The notes beneath the pieces were generated by a model. It saw nothing but the letters and a program-made list of their open reading frames with translations, ran no database searches and had not been told where the DNA came from. From positions 7,316,001 to 7,380,000 of the forward strand of contig JAQFVV010000006.1 of NCBI GenBank assembly GCA_028023455.1: 64,000 bases of DNA, given 5' to 3'. Each line of letters starts with the position of its first letter. The stretch's first letter is position 1. The DNA comes from Epiperipatus broadwayi (lineage: Eukaryota > Animalia > Onychophora). The position numbers were made by a program, and so were the translations under genes. Below are positions 14,294 through 27,659 of the stretch, piece after piece.

Positions 14294-14335
14294 GTAGGAC
14301 ATGTTTCCATCATCAAATCTGACATCATCAGCTGC
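14294..14335 (-). ncRNA. Minimal hammerhead motif (family 2)
   Basis: GCAG-CUGAUGA-UGUCAGAUUUGAUGAUG-GAA-ACAUGU-C-CUAC; palindromic ACAUGU, GUC. Confidence 0.5.
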
Positions 14336-14829
14336 TTTGGAGACCAGTTAAGATCTCAGCTGCTTTGGAGACCAGTTAAGATCACAGAAAACAATTTCTA
14401 TTAAAGTATACTCATAGATATCAAAATATGAAATGTTCATATGAATAAAATTACTATATCGTCTGTCACACCGGAAGTTGCCGAATATGGCAAATCAGTC
14501 CAGAGTGAATAAATTATTTTGAATTTTAATTCAATCTCAAACTTAGAATTAAACATTATAGATTAGGACTTAAGCTATCTTCCTGCACAAAAATCAAATT
14601 TCTCCGATGATCACAACAGAAGTTATTAGCCCACTTCCGGTGTAATTGGGGGATCACAAAAAATGAAAAAATATTCAAATCAACACAAAATTACAATGAA
14701 ATGATTTCTGAGCTACAAAACAATGGTTTAAAGGCAAAATTAATACAAATTATATTTTAGACCTAAACAGAGACATTGAAGCCATAAATGATTCATCCTC
14801 TTTTGATTCAACAATTATTGAGATTATTC

Positions 14830-15770
14830 CAAAGTTTAACAACAAACTTTCAGACTATAAACTGAATCCTTGACTACTAACCAAGACCCAGAATTCAATC
14901 CAAAGAAGCAGAATCCAATTAGTATCAACAAATAAGAATCATAGTAAACCCTGAAGGTCTTTATAGTTGGATGGGTTGAACAGATATTGTGAATATTTGC
15001 AGATACAGGAGGTTGGTAATGATTACAGACTTTCAGCTCTATTGACCTCAGTGTGCAAAGTGATATGGACAAATAGTGTGTACTCATGATGTACAAGTAA
15101 ATCTGGCTTGATTACAGATTACAATGAATCCACTGTTGCATTGATGGGCATGGGTCTGCACTCCTCTTCTTTCATGTGTAGTGGGGGTGGTCATGAGGGG
15201 CTTGGTTCATTTGTGGGGGAGGTCAGCCATCACTGCCAAGCCCAAGTGAGGGTCACTGCCCTCCAGTGAACTTTGCCCTGACAGGCTGCTACACTGCCTT
15301 GATGAATTGTTTATTAGGACAGTGTTGATTTGAACTCATTATTATTTTTGTTTCCTTAGTTAATTTTAAAATTAGAGCATTTGTAAGGTGGTTGGTCTGC
15401 TTTGGGCCACTGACACATTTTGTAGCTTTGATGGAGTTGTTGCTGCAATAATTTTGCAGGAATGGGTCTGCACTCCTATTTTCTTCCTCAAGGGTGGTGG
15501 CAGTCATTAGGGGCCTGGCTTATTGGTGCAGGCTGTTGACAATTTATTGCCACTACCTGGAAAACCTGCCAGGAGGGTACCTGGTCAAAGTCTCAGTGCC
15601 ATTCTTGCTCTGTTCGGCTGCTGTGCCCTTGATAGGTTGGTTTTGGGCAGTGCAGATCTGTGCTTGTTATTTGTTAGTTTTTCCCTAGTTGGCTTTCCAA
15701 TTTTGGGCAGTAGACCGAATGTGGTCCCTGCACATTTGGACTGTTAATTGGGAGAAAGAGGTACCTATAA
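14830..15770 (-). mobile_element. Possible decayed LINE ORF1/endonuclease junction
   Basis: GC-richer block with NVQGPHSVYCPK (knuckle-like) and IELKVCNHYQPP (endonuclease YxPP-like); heavily degenerate. Confidence 0.3.
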
Positions 15771-16803
15771 TAGTCTTGACATGGCTCAGCTGCGGGTCAA
15801 GAATTTATTATCCATGTACAGATACACATTAATCAAAATTATAGTAAACCTTTTATGGACATAATTTTTATCGAACATATGCAATTTATATAAACATTGT
15901 CAATAATTGTTTTACCATGTAACATTAAACACTTTGTAATCCTCAATGGGTAAGTGTACCCGAAAATTTTTGTAATCTTTTAACTAATAAAGGTTACTTT
16001 TGAGAAAAAAAATATGAATGAGAATTTTGGTGGTAATTTAGGACTCTTTTGTATCAGCTTTATGTTTAATTACAAGAAAGACATTTTAATCAAACTCATT
16101 ACAAGAAAGACATTTTAACCATACTCATTTTCAAAATACCCCACTTTTAAATAAACATTTAAATATGTATATATTAAGTAATTAAATACCATGTAAATAT
16201 GGAATATACTAACCTTATTTATATTATATTTTGTATAGATATTCATAAAAATTTACCATCTTTTATATAGCAATGCTTGGCATAAAATCAGTTAATCCCT
16301 TATAAAATTAATCTGACATTATCAACTTCTCAGGAGGCCAACTAACATTACATTAACCATAGCAACTCAATTTCTTGTTAAGAAAGTTTGCAATGTTCAA
16401 ATTAATTTTAATCAGTTTCATGGAATGGCAGCTATATTGGATTTTTGAAGAATTGATATAAGTCACAATTTATACCTTCAATTAGTATTAAGGAACAATT
16501 ATGTAGTTTATGTTATCAACAAGATAAAATACCAAGGAATGTAATAAACCTATAAACCTAAAATATAGTTTGTACCCATTCAAAATTTAAAAATAAATTT
16601 TTAACATTTTTTGAAATTATTATTTCTATAATTCTTCATAATTTTTACATTTTAATATTTTAAAAATTAAAACAATTCATTACATTCCTTATAAAATTTC
16701 AAATAAAATGATTTATAACATGATTTATCTAAGATAATTCATTAGCCTGAAACATCAAAAAATAGAGTAATTAGTATCTTTCATTTTTCTAAGAATCTAA
16801 AAC

Positions 16804-17126
16804 CGGCAAAACTCTCCATACAGTCGTGCCATTCAGTGCAAGCCAGAGTAATCAATGGATGCCAGAAGGCTTGTGCATAAAATCCCTATCTAGTGCCTAT
16901 TCATCCAATATCCCCAGACTAGTTTCTAACTTGTGGCCTTCATCAGTGAGGAGCTTTGGATCTGAGAGCACTGCACCTAGATCTTAGGATCTAAAGCTCC
17001 TCACTGATGAAAGCCACAAGCAAGTCTGGGGATATTGGATGAGTAGGCATTAGATAGGGATTTAATGAACAAACCTTACTCTGGCTTGAGCTGAGTGGCA
17101 CTACTGTATGGAGAGTTTTGCCTGTT
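16804..17126. mobile_element. Near-palindromic copy of the same foldback family
   Basis: CCGGCAAAACTCTCC...GGAGAGTTTTGCCTG; arms meet at about 16980-16990. Confidence 0.75.
16911..16952 (-). ncRNA. Minimal type I hammerhead ribozyme motif (family 1, best copy)
   Basis: UCCUCA-CUGAUGA-AGGCCACAAGUUA-GAA-ACUAGU-C-UGGGGA: full core, 6-bp stem I, palindromic stem III, GUC triplet. Confidence 0.7.
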
Positions 17127-17850
17127 TTAATAAGTTATGAGCAAGCATAAGAAATGGTGATCATGTGATGCTTAGTGGTTTCTAAGAAACTCTATAAGAA
17201 TTTTTTTGCTGGTGTCTGCTTATAATAAATAAAGAGAAAATAGCACAAATAGATAGGATAGCCTAAATATTCTTCAGACTGTAAATGGCTAAGATTCAAT
17301 ACAGGGTATAGCTCAATAAAAAAGAAAATGTAGAATATTAATCATAATAATGTTCTTTTTATGATGTGTCTTATCTTTCAAAATATAAAATCAAATGATT
17401 AATGTAAAATGATTGCTTAAAAATGTTAAAATATTACTGTAACCATGAAACAAAAAAAAATAAACATATGAATAAAGATAAATCTTTCCTGACAAAAATA
17501 TTCATGATAAATCCTCTTCTGATCAAAGTTGAAGCATCTATGTGAAAAGATGTTTGGTAGAGCTGGGACATCAGCCAACATTCCTGAACAATAAAAATGA
17601 GGTTTGAAGAAATGCATTGTCTATCATAATTTTAGATAAGGGACAAAACACCATTGCCCAGCACTTTTGATATGTGGTCATCACTCCATATAATCAAAAA
17701 ATCTTTCATACCCCTTTCTTAGAGCTGTGCAACACATATTCTTTTTAAATATTGTAAAACTACTGACAGCATATTGGTTAGTATAAAAAGTACTTTTACC
17801 TATGTACAACTCCTTATGGTGTACATATCCATTAGAGATATCGGTAGTTA

Positions 17851-19102
17851 TTTGATAGCCAGGCATGATCACTTGATGACATTGTTTTTGTGAAAAAACA
17901 ATAAAATGTAACGTTCCCGGGTCAAGACTTTTATTTTATTAATAAAACCAAACAAAAATAAAAACCAACTTTTTATTTTTATATTTTAATTTCTTTTTTT
18001 AATAAAATCTTGGTCTACTTTTTTTTTTTGGTTTTTCAAAACAAAAATAAAAACAATCACACCTTTTTTATTTCCAAAACTTTTACTTTTATATTACATC
18101 TTTAATTTTTTTATGTTATTTTTTTTAAAAAAAATTTAATTCTCAGTATTTGTATTAACTTTTTTTAAAAAATAAAATCTTGTTCTACTTTTTTTTTTAA
18201 CCAGTTTTTCAAAACAAAATTTAAAAACAATCACATCTTTAAAAAAAAAAAAACACTTTTTTTGTAATGAAATCTTGTTCTTTTTGGGGGGGGGGGTGTT
18301 GGTTATTTTTGTTTATTCTTCTTCTAAACCAAAAATAACTTTTGTTGTGTTTTGATTAATTAATTTCTGGAAAACAAATATTTTTTTTCTTTTTTACCAT
18401 AATAACAGGTGGACTGCTTTCAAAAACGTTATTATGGACCCTTGCAATCAAGTTTTGTTTCGAATTGAACACCTTCGAGCACATGAACATCACTGACATT
18501 GGAATTGGCATATACTTTTCTATCTGTATAGTTTCATGTTCTCGCTACAGCTGCATTACTTGTAATTTGGGAGGACATTATTCCTCTGTACAAAAGACCA
18601 CAGCATCAGCATCTGTGGATGGCAACTGGCACAATTTAAAAAGCTGACTGTTTTCTTCAGGCATTTTATTTCTCTCATATATTTACTTGCAAAAATGTGA
18701 TTTTCCACATTACATCTGCCAAATCATGTTCGCACCTACCCTTTGCCGATCTTTCCCACATTTCAAGAATGGTGATGATGTGACAATTCATAGTAATTCA
18801 GACTGTGTGATTTAACTAGAAATGAAAATATTATATATTTGACATTTAAAAATTATGCCCACTTCAAATACAAACATCACAACACAATACGATAGCCAAC
18901 TGTGAATTGTGTGAAATTCACATAAAATATTGCAAAGCACAAAACAGGCCATAATATTACTGTGCAATGCCATCAGATGGCCTAAAATGGGTAATACAAC
19001 AAAAGTGTTGTATTTGCTGTAAGTACGACCATATAAATGGCATTTTTATGTGTTTTTACACATAAACAATGTCATCAAGCAGCCGTTCCTGGCTATCAAA
19101 AG
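17851..19102. mobile_element. Non-autonomous DNA-transposon-like element with ~50-bp TIRs (copy 1)
   Basis: TTTGATAGCCAGGCATG... / ...CCTGGCTATCAAA; reverse-complement homologue at 47702-48653. Confidence 0.6.
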
Positions 19103-19381
19103 ACAAGAAGGTCTACAAGGACCCACCAGTTGAACCCTAAATTTACTAGTTTTAGATGTTTATGTTGTTGCATTGCATTATGACCAGTAAATTTAGTGAT
19201 TGCCCAATCAACTGCTCCTTCTGTATGCATGTGATCTATAGCCTTGAACTTTATATTGAACTGGTCTATATATATTACAAAGAAATCAAGTCATATATCA
19301 CATGACCTAATTTAACAAACTTGTATTACAAATGTTATAAAATGAGCTTGCAAATAGCTCTGAATACTTGAATATCCTAGC

Positions 19382-19421
19382 ACCTCACTGAGAAAGCCAG
19401 TAGCAGAAACTAGTCTGGGGT
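19382..19421 (+). ncRNA. Hammerhead-like motif with shortened core CUGA-GA
   Basis: ACCUCA-CUGAGA-AAGCCAGUAGCA-GAAACUAGUC-UGGGGU; sister copy at about 4180-4210. Confidence 0.45.
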
Positions 19422-19464
19422 TGGGGATATTCTGAAAAGCTTGTTAAGAGCTATTTGCAAGCTC

Positions 19465-19466
<2 letters not shown>

Positions 19467-19524
<58 letters not shown>
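19467..19524. repeat. (TA)29 microsatellite, left flank of the LTR stack
   Basis: Direct reading. Confidence 0.95.
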
Positions 19525-19525
<1 letters not shown>

Positions 19526-19528
<3 letters not shown>

Positions 19529-22500
19529 AACCTAGTGTTATTGACACTTGGTTTATTTGGCATTGTTTCCACAGGAAAACAATGCTATCCTTTTTAGGAA
19601 AATAAAAAGGTAAAATAATAATAATATTAAGTGATTAATAAAATATGCTATTTACTCACTTTAACATGTTTTAAGCAAATAACTAAAAAATTTGGTAATC
19701 CAATGTCATTTTGAAGAAGAGCATGAATAATTTAATTAAAATATTAACAATAAGAGCAATTTAATATAGTATAAAAGCACATATCATAAACAGTAATTGA
19801 TTTTGGATGGGTAGAGGGGAGAGTGGATGAATGTCTTATCATAAAGCACAATAACTTCTGGTAATTTTTAAATTATTTTAGATAATAATGTATACAGAAT
19901 TATACATCACTAATAAGCATTGTTAATTAAATATATTTATTATTTTTCATTATTTGTCAAATTACTTTGTAATCCATTTAAATCATACGGAAAACTATAT
20001 GACTGTAATAAGTTTTTTTTTTCCTTTCTTTTGTTTATGTTATAATTAAATGATTATTTTTCTGTAAGAGGTCGCTAAAAGAAGACCGCCAAATTTTGAA
20101 GAAAGTTTAGTCTGACTCTAGTTTTACAAGGAGGAAGCAGTACTGAAATTCGGTAACAAATTTTTTATTATTTTTTATTGCAGAAATAAATATAAGTCAA
20201 GTAAATTTTTAATAATATCATGCGTGGCTAATCCTATTTGATAAGATATTCTGTTTTCTGTTGCCATCTACCTATTTTAAAGCTTTTTATACGCAAAAAT
20301 GTACTATCTTATGCTAAAGTTCAAAATGACCGTATTGACTACAGCAATCACGGAAAATGTCATTATGTTTAAAATAAGTAATATAAGTAATTTCCAGGAA
20401 ATAATCAATTATGTGTTAACTTTACCTTATTTAATTATCTTTTCGTGGTATAAAAGAAAAATTATAATTAAAAAGACATATTATAAAAGCCAAGGAAAGT
20501 TAACTAGAAAATTTCGCGCTCTTTCTAAAAGAAATTGTCTGCTTTTGAAAATAATGTAAGTTCCCCACGTTAAAATATGTTTTATTCACTGAAAATTATC
20601 TAGAAATAATATTAATGATAAAGGATATTTACTTATGCACCTGTATATTTTTAAAAAAGAAAATATAAATTTTCTCAAGGCAAATATCGGAAAATTTGTA
20701 TGTGTGCATTTTACGGAGAATTCCTTATTAAAGAAAAATTATAATTCCTAGAGTAGGAATAAAAACTACAAACATTAGTGACTTAATTATAACCATAATA
20801 TAATATGTTATATTATACATCAACTGGAGTCGTTAAAACTTTATATCCACGTAAGTCAGCTGCAGTCGTTATAATAATAGTATTTTGGAAAATTCGCGCA
20901 TTAGTTTTATTCCTAAGCCAGCTAGCTAAAAATGATACGTATCGCCAATAGTAAAAAGAAAAGAATTGTATATGTGATCGTCTATCGTCAAATATTCGTC
21001 ATGTTAAAATATGTATTGTTTTCTTGGATCCCAAAATTATATCAGTTAATTCAAGGAAGAGTTAACATCCAACGCTGCTATGTTTTTCTTTGCCTAATTT
21101 ATTAATTGCACCAGAATGGAGGCAACTTTTATATAAATGAAATAATAAAATGTGTTTCTTATTTTAAATTTGCTTCGTGAACTACGAATGGATCAAGTTC
21201 TTCATCTAGATAAATTGCCCAACGGAAAAACATTTTTCTAGTGAGATAATAAGCACTTGTTAAGTAATGATTTTTTTTTACTAATTTGTAAAATTATGTG
21301 TATTTTTTTTTATATCAACAGGTGAAAGGCTGTATAGTCAAGTAATATTTAAATGACCTTGTAATCATAAAGGTATGTTTTCATGTAATTATTCTAGGTT
21401 AAATTTATATTTGACATAAAAAAAAAAAATTTTTTTTTATAAAATGTGTTTACTTATGATATGCAATTATGGGTATAAATTTATATGTTAGATGCGTAAA
21501 AGAAGAAAAATTTAGATACTTAATAGGTAAAATATCTAGTTAAAATTATCAGAAGTAATTAAAGAGAAGTGCTATACAGGATATTACTTATTTAAAGTTT
21601 GAAACAAATTTATACTATGTTAATTGAGGAACTTATTCCCAATTATTCTTTATTAACGCATTCACTTGATTTAGTTCAAGATACTATACTACCAATTACT
21701 TGTTGAATGTTTCTTTGGCAAAGGTGAAAATTATTATGGTTTATTCTGTGATATCCATTGATTTCAGACGTTGATCTAAGTATACCCCGGAACATAAATT
21801 TAGTGTAATTAGTGTATTTGCTTGTCTTGCCCCGATATAGCATTGGTATATGCTTAAGATTCGCATAAGTAATAATTGTAATGTCTTTATTTTGTGGGAT
21901 GGAAAATGATCTCCCCAAAAGCTTTATTTTCCATGAGGGGAATAGATAAATCTAGTATTCGGGTATGTTTATAACCCAAGTGATCGCTTCTCAGAGTTAG
22001 GACGATCAGTAATTTATATTGTATTTAGTGTATTTCATTCGTTAAAATCCCAGGAGAGGATTATATTTGGTGTGTGTTCCTATTATGCCCAAGTAAGAGG
22101 CAAGGACCCACCAAACTATTTTAATGTAGTAGTTAACTCTACAGACCTTCGGTGTTATTCCATATTCCTCATGAGAAAATAGAGATAATTCCACCACGGA
22201 AGGTGTTGAATATTGTGTTTTGTTTAGAAAGTTATGGCAAGATAACGGGTATATTGGAGGTTAATTCCTCACGATCCATTTAGTATAAATAGCGTGCTAG
22301 TATATATGATCAATGTCTGGATTGTGCGGCGGAATAGTGCTGGTAATCCACACGTAAGTCAATGGAGAGAGTAAGTTTAAAATTGCGTGATTTAGAAATT
22401 TTTATTTGCCAATGGAGGGTTCAAATACTAGGTTTAATTCGGGTTAATGATTAAGTAGCACTCACAATATAACTTACACGGAGGGATACAGTGTGTATAA

Positions 22501-24050
22501 CAACTTCAGTTGTTATTAAGGTAAACATTAAAATAATAAGTGTAACTTCTGATAAATAACCCATAAATTATAATAAGTTATCTAAATAAAAACTATCATT
22601 TAATTAAAGATATGATAATAAAAATCGTTTGTACGCATTGCCTAGAATCAGATTATTTTTATTTTAAAACAAATAGTTAGTTAATAAAGTTAAGCAGCCG
22701 TTCATATAAGATACACTAAATGGATGAGTTGATGTATCGATAATAATATTTATTTTGTTATATTCAATTTGCATAAATGTAAAAAGAAGATGAAGAAGTA
22801 GTTCGAATCCAGGTCTAAAAGTATAGACGAATTAATGTTAGTTATATTTTGTTTTATCCATATGGGATCGAATAAATTGTATATGTTTGTTTATTATGTT
22901 AATCATAAAGGATAGTTTTGTTAAACTGTAATAATAAATTAGAATCTTGTTAAAATTTAATAATAAATTATAGTCTTGTTACAAGTTGTTTTGAGTCATT
23001 TTTCTTGTGTGCTAAATAAAAGTGTATTTGCATAATACTTGCAATACTTTTCTTGAGTCCGAAATCATTTATGAACTCTTAAATTCAATACACCAGATAG
23101 ACAATTGTAAGCAGATCAGAATATTTCATTATATTTTAATTTAATAAGAATTATTTATGGAATTGAAAACTTCAGACCAAGACATTTTATTTTATATGTG
23201 TGTAAAATCACTTTATTCCCAAACTAGTAGGTTTTGGTTGCACATTGTTTCGTACACATTTAAGTGAAGTGTCTAAGTAATAAATCTTAGTTAAATTATT
23301 GTGTTGTCATGGATAATGGAAGGACACAAAAGCACCCTTGTCTTTTCATCATTCCGACTGAGATTCTGGATAAAAGGGCTGTATTATTCAAAATTATGCG
23401 TTGTTATTGAATATGGTTATCATCTCGTTAAATATTATAATAGTTGATATGTGGATGAAGACACCTGGAATTTAAATAAGGTAAATGTTTCCTATAGCCG
23501 ACCAGAATGTCAGTCATATGCGACAACACAATACTGCTGAGCAATTTTTCTTTAAAAATAACAGAGAACCCTGAGATTAGTGTCAGTATTATAAGTGCTC
23601 TTAAATTAAGAATTGATCAATTATGATCAACATTACAAGCGTGGCATGGCTTAAGAGATTGAAACTTCTGATTGTATAATAATAAAGTATTGAGATCATA
23701 TTGGCAAATTAATGAATGTTTTATTTTAGTCAGTAATATTAACAATGACATGAAATCATCATCATCATTGTCGAACAGTGCAAGTACTTACAGCTCAGAG
23801 AATGTGTTTTGGATAGAGAAAGAATGTTAGTTTATTCTAAATTTTCTTTTTAAATTTATTTTATTAATGATAATTTTTTTTTATTCTATCTCTGTCTGAA
23901 CTGCATATCGCTGTAGCTGAATTATTATAACTAACCAAACGTCGAGCTATATTAGGTAATATAGGGTTTGCTACCCGTGCTAGACGGAAGCGATTGGGCA
24001 TTCCGAAGTTATTTTATTAGAAATGAATTCTAATCTTTTACTAGGTTAGA
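19526..24050. mobile_element. 4.5-kb non-coding element, probable solo LTR of a second family
   Basis: Termini TGTAACCTAG...CTAGGTTAGA (10-bp inverted repeat, one mismatch); ATAT on both sides; sits between (TA)n tracts; no recognisable ORF. Confidence 0.7.
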
Positions 24051-24074
24051 ATATATATATATAAATATATATAT

Positions 24075-27000
24075 TGTAACCATATATTTTAGTATAAAAT
24101 ATATTAATTGATGTAACTAGTATAAAAATTTCTCTTTCTTCTTTTGGTGATTTGATTGGCTTGAGCTGCACTTTGAACAGATTACTCTCTTATATTATTT
24201 TAATAAATTTAAATTTGCTTCTTTCCATATACTAACTCATATCAAAATGTTTAACTTTTTAAAAATTTGACAACACATAAAAATTTGGTAAAATATTATT
24301 AAAAATAATATTTTATTTTTATTTGTTTAAAATGATCTTAAATTATTATTTCCATTGAATTAAAAAACCATTTGTTCAATTAAAATTAATTATTAAAAAT
24401 AAATACAGTAATTACGTATGCGTCTCAATGTAATAAAAGAAAAGAGCGCGAATTTAAGGGAAGATCGTCTGTTAGTTTGCTTTTGGAGGAGAGAAAGAAA
24501 AGAAAATGGTAAAGGCAAATGGTGTAAATTTGATAAGCTTATTTTAAAATAGTTAATAAGTAAACGGATTACCACAAAATTTGCTATAAACGTAAATATA
24601 ACATAGTGGTAATTAATTATAAGATGAATTGCTAAATTTAAAAGTCTGTTCAAGTCGGCTGGCCAAGTGGATCGAATCACCGGTAATAAATTTTCCAATA
24701 TTACATTTTTAAAATGTCGGAGCTTCCCAGTTTAAGTTTGAAAGAATTAAATACAAGATTTTGGTATGTTTTGAAATATTTATTATTCTACAATTTGGAA
24801 AAATTAAATAAGTATTTTAATTACAGAAGTTTTATGAATATGAAAATTTGTTTTTTAAAAAAAGAAGAATTTTAAGTTAAAGTAAAACGTTAAAGTTATC
24901 AAAATATTTTAATATTTCCGTTTTTTAATTCTAATAAAATATAATATTGATTGATATTTAACTTTACAATGCCAGTAATATTTGCTAGTTAATTTGTTTA
25001 ACATTTGGATAATAAACATTCTTCAAATAATTAATCAAAGCTATTTTATAATTTTATCGTCGGTTTGAAATGAATAAATTAATTGCTGTAATTAGTATTC
25101 CTGGATTAACGCGTGGATAAATAAATACTTGCATGGATGTGATAAACTTGGAACACTTTTAATAGAGAAATGTAGAGATTAATAACTTTATGAAAAACAT
25201 TTTCATTTAAATTCTGCGTATCATGTTTTGAAATTGTTTCATGTTTATGTAGCCACGTAAAATCGTTAATCTAATATTGCTTATAATAACTAATCAAATG
25301 GATAGAATTGCATGTATGGAATTTAACTACAGTTATAGCTATTACCTCGTATACTTATTATTCTACACATCGTACATGGATTCCACGGATCACATTAGGA
25401 GTTATAAAATGCTATACAATCCAATTTGTGATACACACATCTGCTAAAATTCATGTATTGAACTATAAAATGCTTTACATTTAGTTTTATCACACACACA
25501 CCGTTAAATTTTATATATTTGATGAATAATACATTAATTTAATTTTATCGTTATATGAACTTGCATATGAAGTTCATAAGTTATATTTTATTAGGTTTAA
25601 ATTAATAAGGGTTGAATAAAATATTTATTCAAGAGAATAGGCTTGCGGAAAAGCTTAAAAGTACTAAATGAATTCATGAGATATATCAATCTTTGTGAGA
25701 TATTTTGTGAGTCTTTCCAGATTTATATTCCTATGCCAATATTACTTATATTATATTACACATGTTTATTTTAAGCAAGATAAGTAGTACATTAGTTGTC
25801 CTGATTAGCGTAACATTTTATTATGCAAGAACCCACATTTGCTAAAGTGTTAGTGTATTCTGAATAGTCAGAAGAACTGAGGAGGATGATTTTGCACTTT
25901 AATGTGAAGTAAATAATAATGTTGTTTTAGAATGTTAAAGGGCTTTAATCTGTGCTGGTGGTTAATCCGCAGATTATTTTAATTGCCATTTTTGTATTTT
26001 ACACACATTCCTGCGCTGGTGGTTAATCCGCGGAATTGTGTGATTATACGTATTACTTTATGATGGTGTTTAAATACACAAAACGTTTAGTATTATTTAA
26101 TTCCTACGTGTAGATGAATGCATCCACAGGAATATGTTTTGCTTCACAGATATAAGTTGGGCAAAGTATTTTAGTTAATCTGCTAAATCATCTTCTTCAT
26201 TTGTAAGCATAATTTATCGGTTAGATTATTAAATGGTAACAGGACATTCTATTCAAGTACTTCATAATAATTAACTGTTGGTTGATTATTATTTACCGGA
26301 ACGTAAGTTTAAATTGTCACTTTATTTAATGATTACATTATAGCTAAATCATACAGACATCATATTATTTATTATATTATTATAGGTGTACAGTAGGGAT
26401 TTATTGAATCTGGAAATGACGTTCAATATTTCATGAGTTTGATGCTGAATTTCGTATAATCTCATCAATATTCATTATATTAAAATTGAAATATAAGGTA
26501 GGATTAGGTTTTTAAATACTGTACCTATGAGATGTATTGAAGAAAGTCGATTGAATTATCATTTATTTATTTTATTTGTTTATTTATGTTTTATTTAGAA
26601 TATTGAAATTAATTACTTATTGTTCATAAATTTGTAAATAAAAGTTGATTTATAATTAAACTTACTGTGCCGTTGCTATGTGTCATTCATAACATCAGAA
26701 ATCATAAACTTTGGATAGAGCATACATTGAAGAGCAACTGAATACATGAGTACATATTATCGTCAACATGATATAAGAGTTTATAAATATTTTTTGAGAA
26801 AACATTTAGATGCTTTTCGTCTTTGGTAGTTTATGATGAGTAAGGTACAATAAAATCCCATTTACCTTTTCCATCATTGTGGCTTTGCGTAGTTGATTCT
26901 AGTATAAAATATAAATTAATTATTAAACTTGTAAACAGATTTACCAAATAATGACATGATTAAATATATTTACTTAACGTTTTTAAATTGTCATTTGTCA

Positions 27001-27655
27001 GTATAATAAGAGTCTCAGTAATATAGTAAACTATAAAATAAGAACCCAAGTATTTATGTTTATTTATTGCAAAGCTTTACCTGGACTAGCATTTGTATTA
27101 AAAATCATATAGATGGTTTAAAATTTCATAATCTTATGTAGTTCCACAAATTACGCCATCTTGTACATGGTCGGCCATAGGGTCGCATACCATAAAAATC
27201 GCAAATTAAGGTTTAAAAGTAATAACATTGCACTTATAATTTGTTTAATGTGTTTTATAATAATACTATGATAGGTCTTCGTGGTATACCCTGGCTGCGA
27301 TCAAATTAATTGTAAAAAGTTTATGTTAGATCATTAGTTTGGTCTATGGTAAGTTGCTCCAGATGTTGATTGTGGTCTTTGGTGCATAAAATAGATAGCA
27401 TGATATGTTTTTTGGTTACAGCTCTTAATAGCTGACAATAATTGAGTGAGAGTTGATCAGTGATCAAGGTTACAATTCTTAGTGCACTTATATTACGTAA
27501 TTGGGACCACACAATTTGCGGTTACAATTTTTAGTGCCGCAACGTGTTCATACACGATAGGTAGTTGAGAGGGGCAAGCAGATGGTTACAATTTTAGTTG
27601 AAAGGGCAATGGCCTTCGATGGCTATAGTTGGCCACGAGAAGATTTACGGTTACA
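24075..27655 (+). repeat. 5' LTR (3581 bp)
   Basis: Matches 33769-37346 end to end at roughly 98.5-99% by eye; 7-bp perfect terminal inverted repeat TGTAACC/GGTTACA. Confidence 0.95.
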
Positions 27656-27659
27656 ATTT

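Noticed and set aside
22800-22816. B-box-like GTTCGAATCC in the 4.5-kb element
   Set aside because: No A-box or tRNA fold upstream.
24393-24698. Antisense 101-aa ORF in the 5' LTR and its 90-aa twin at 34120-34392
   Set aside because: The two LTR copies differ by a frameshifting indel inside it, it starts at a non-ATG codon and has no recognisable motifs; same reasoning for 34936-35142, 27321-27512 and 37277-37474.
25954-26022. Two GCTGGTGG (E. coli Chi) octamers
   Set aside because: No meaning in an insect LTR; they are part of the twin-hairpin repeat.
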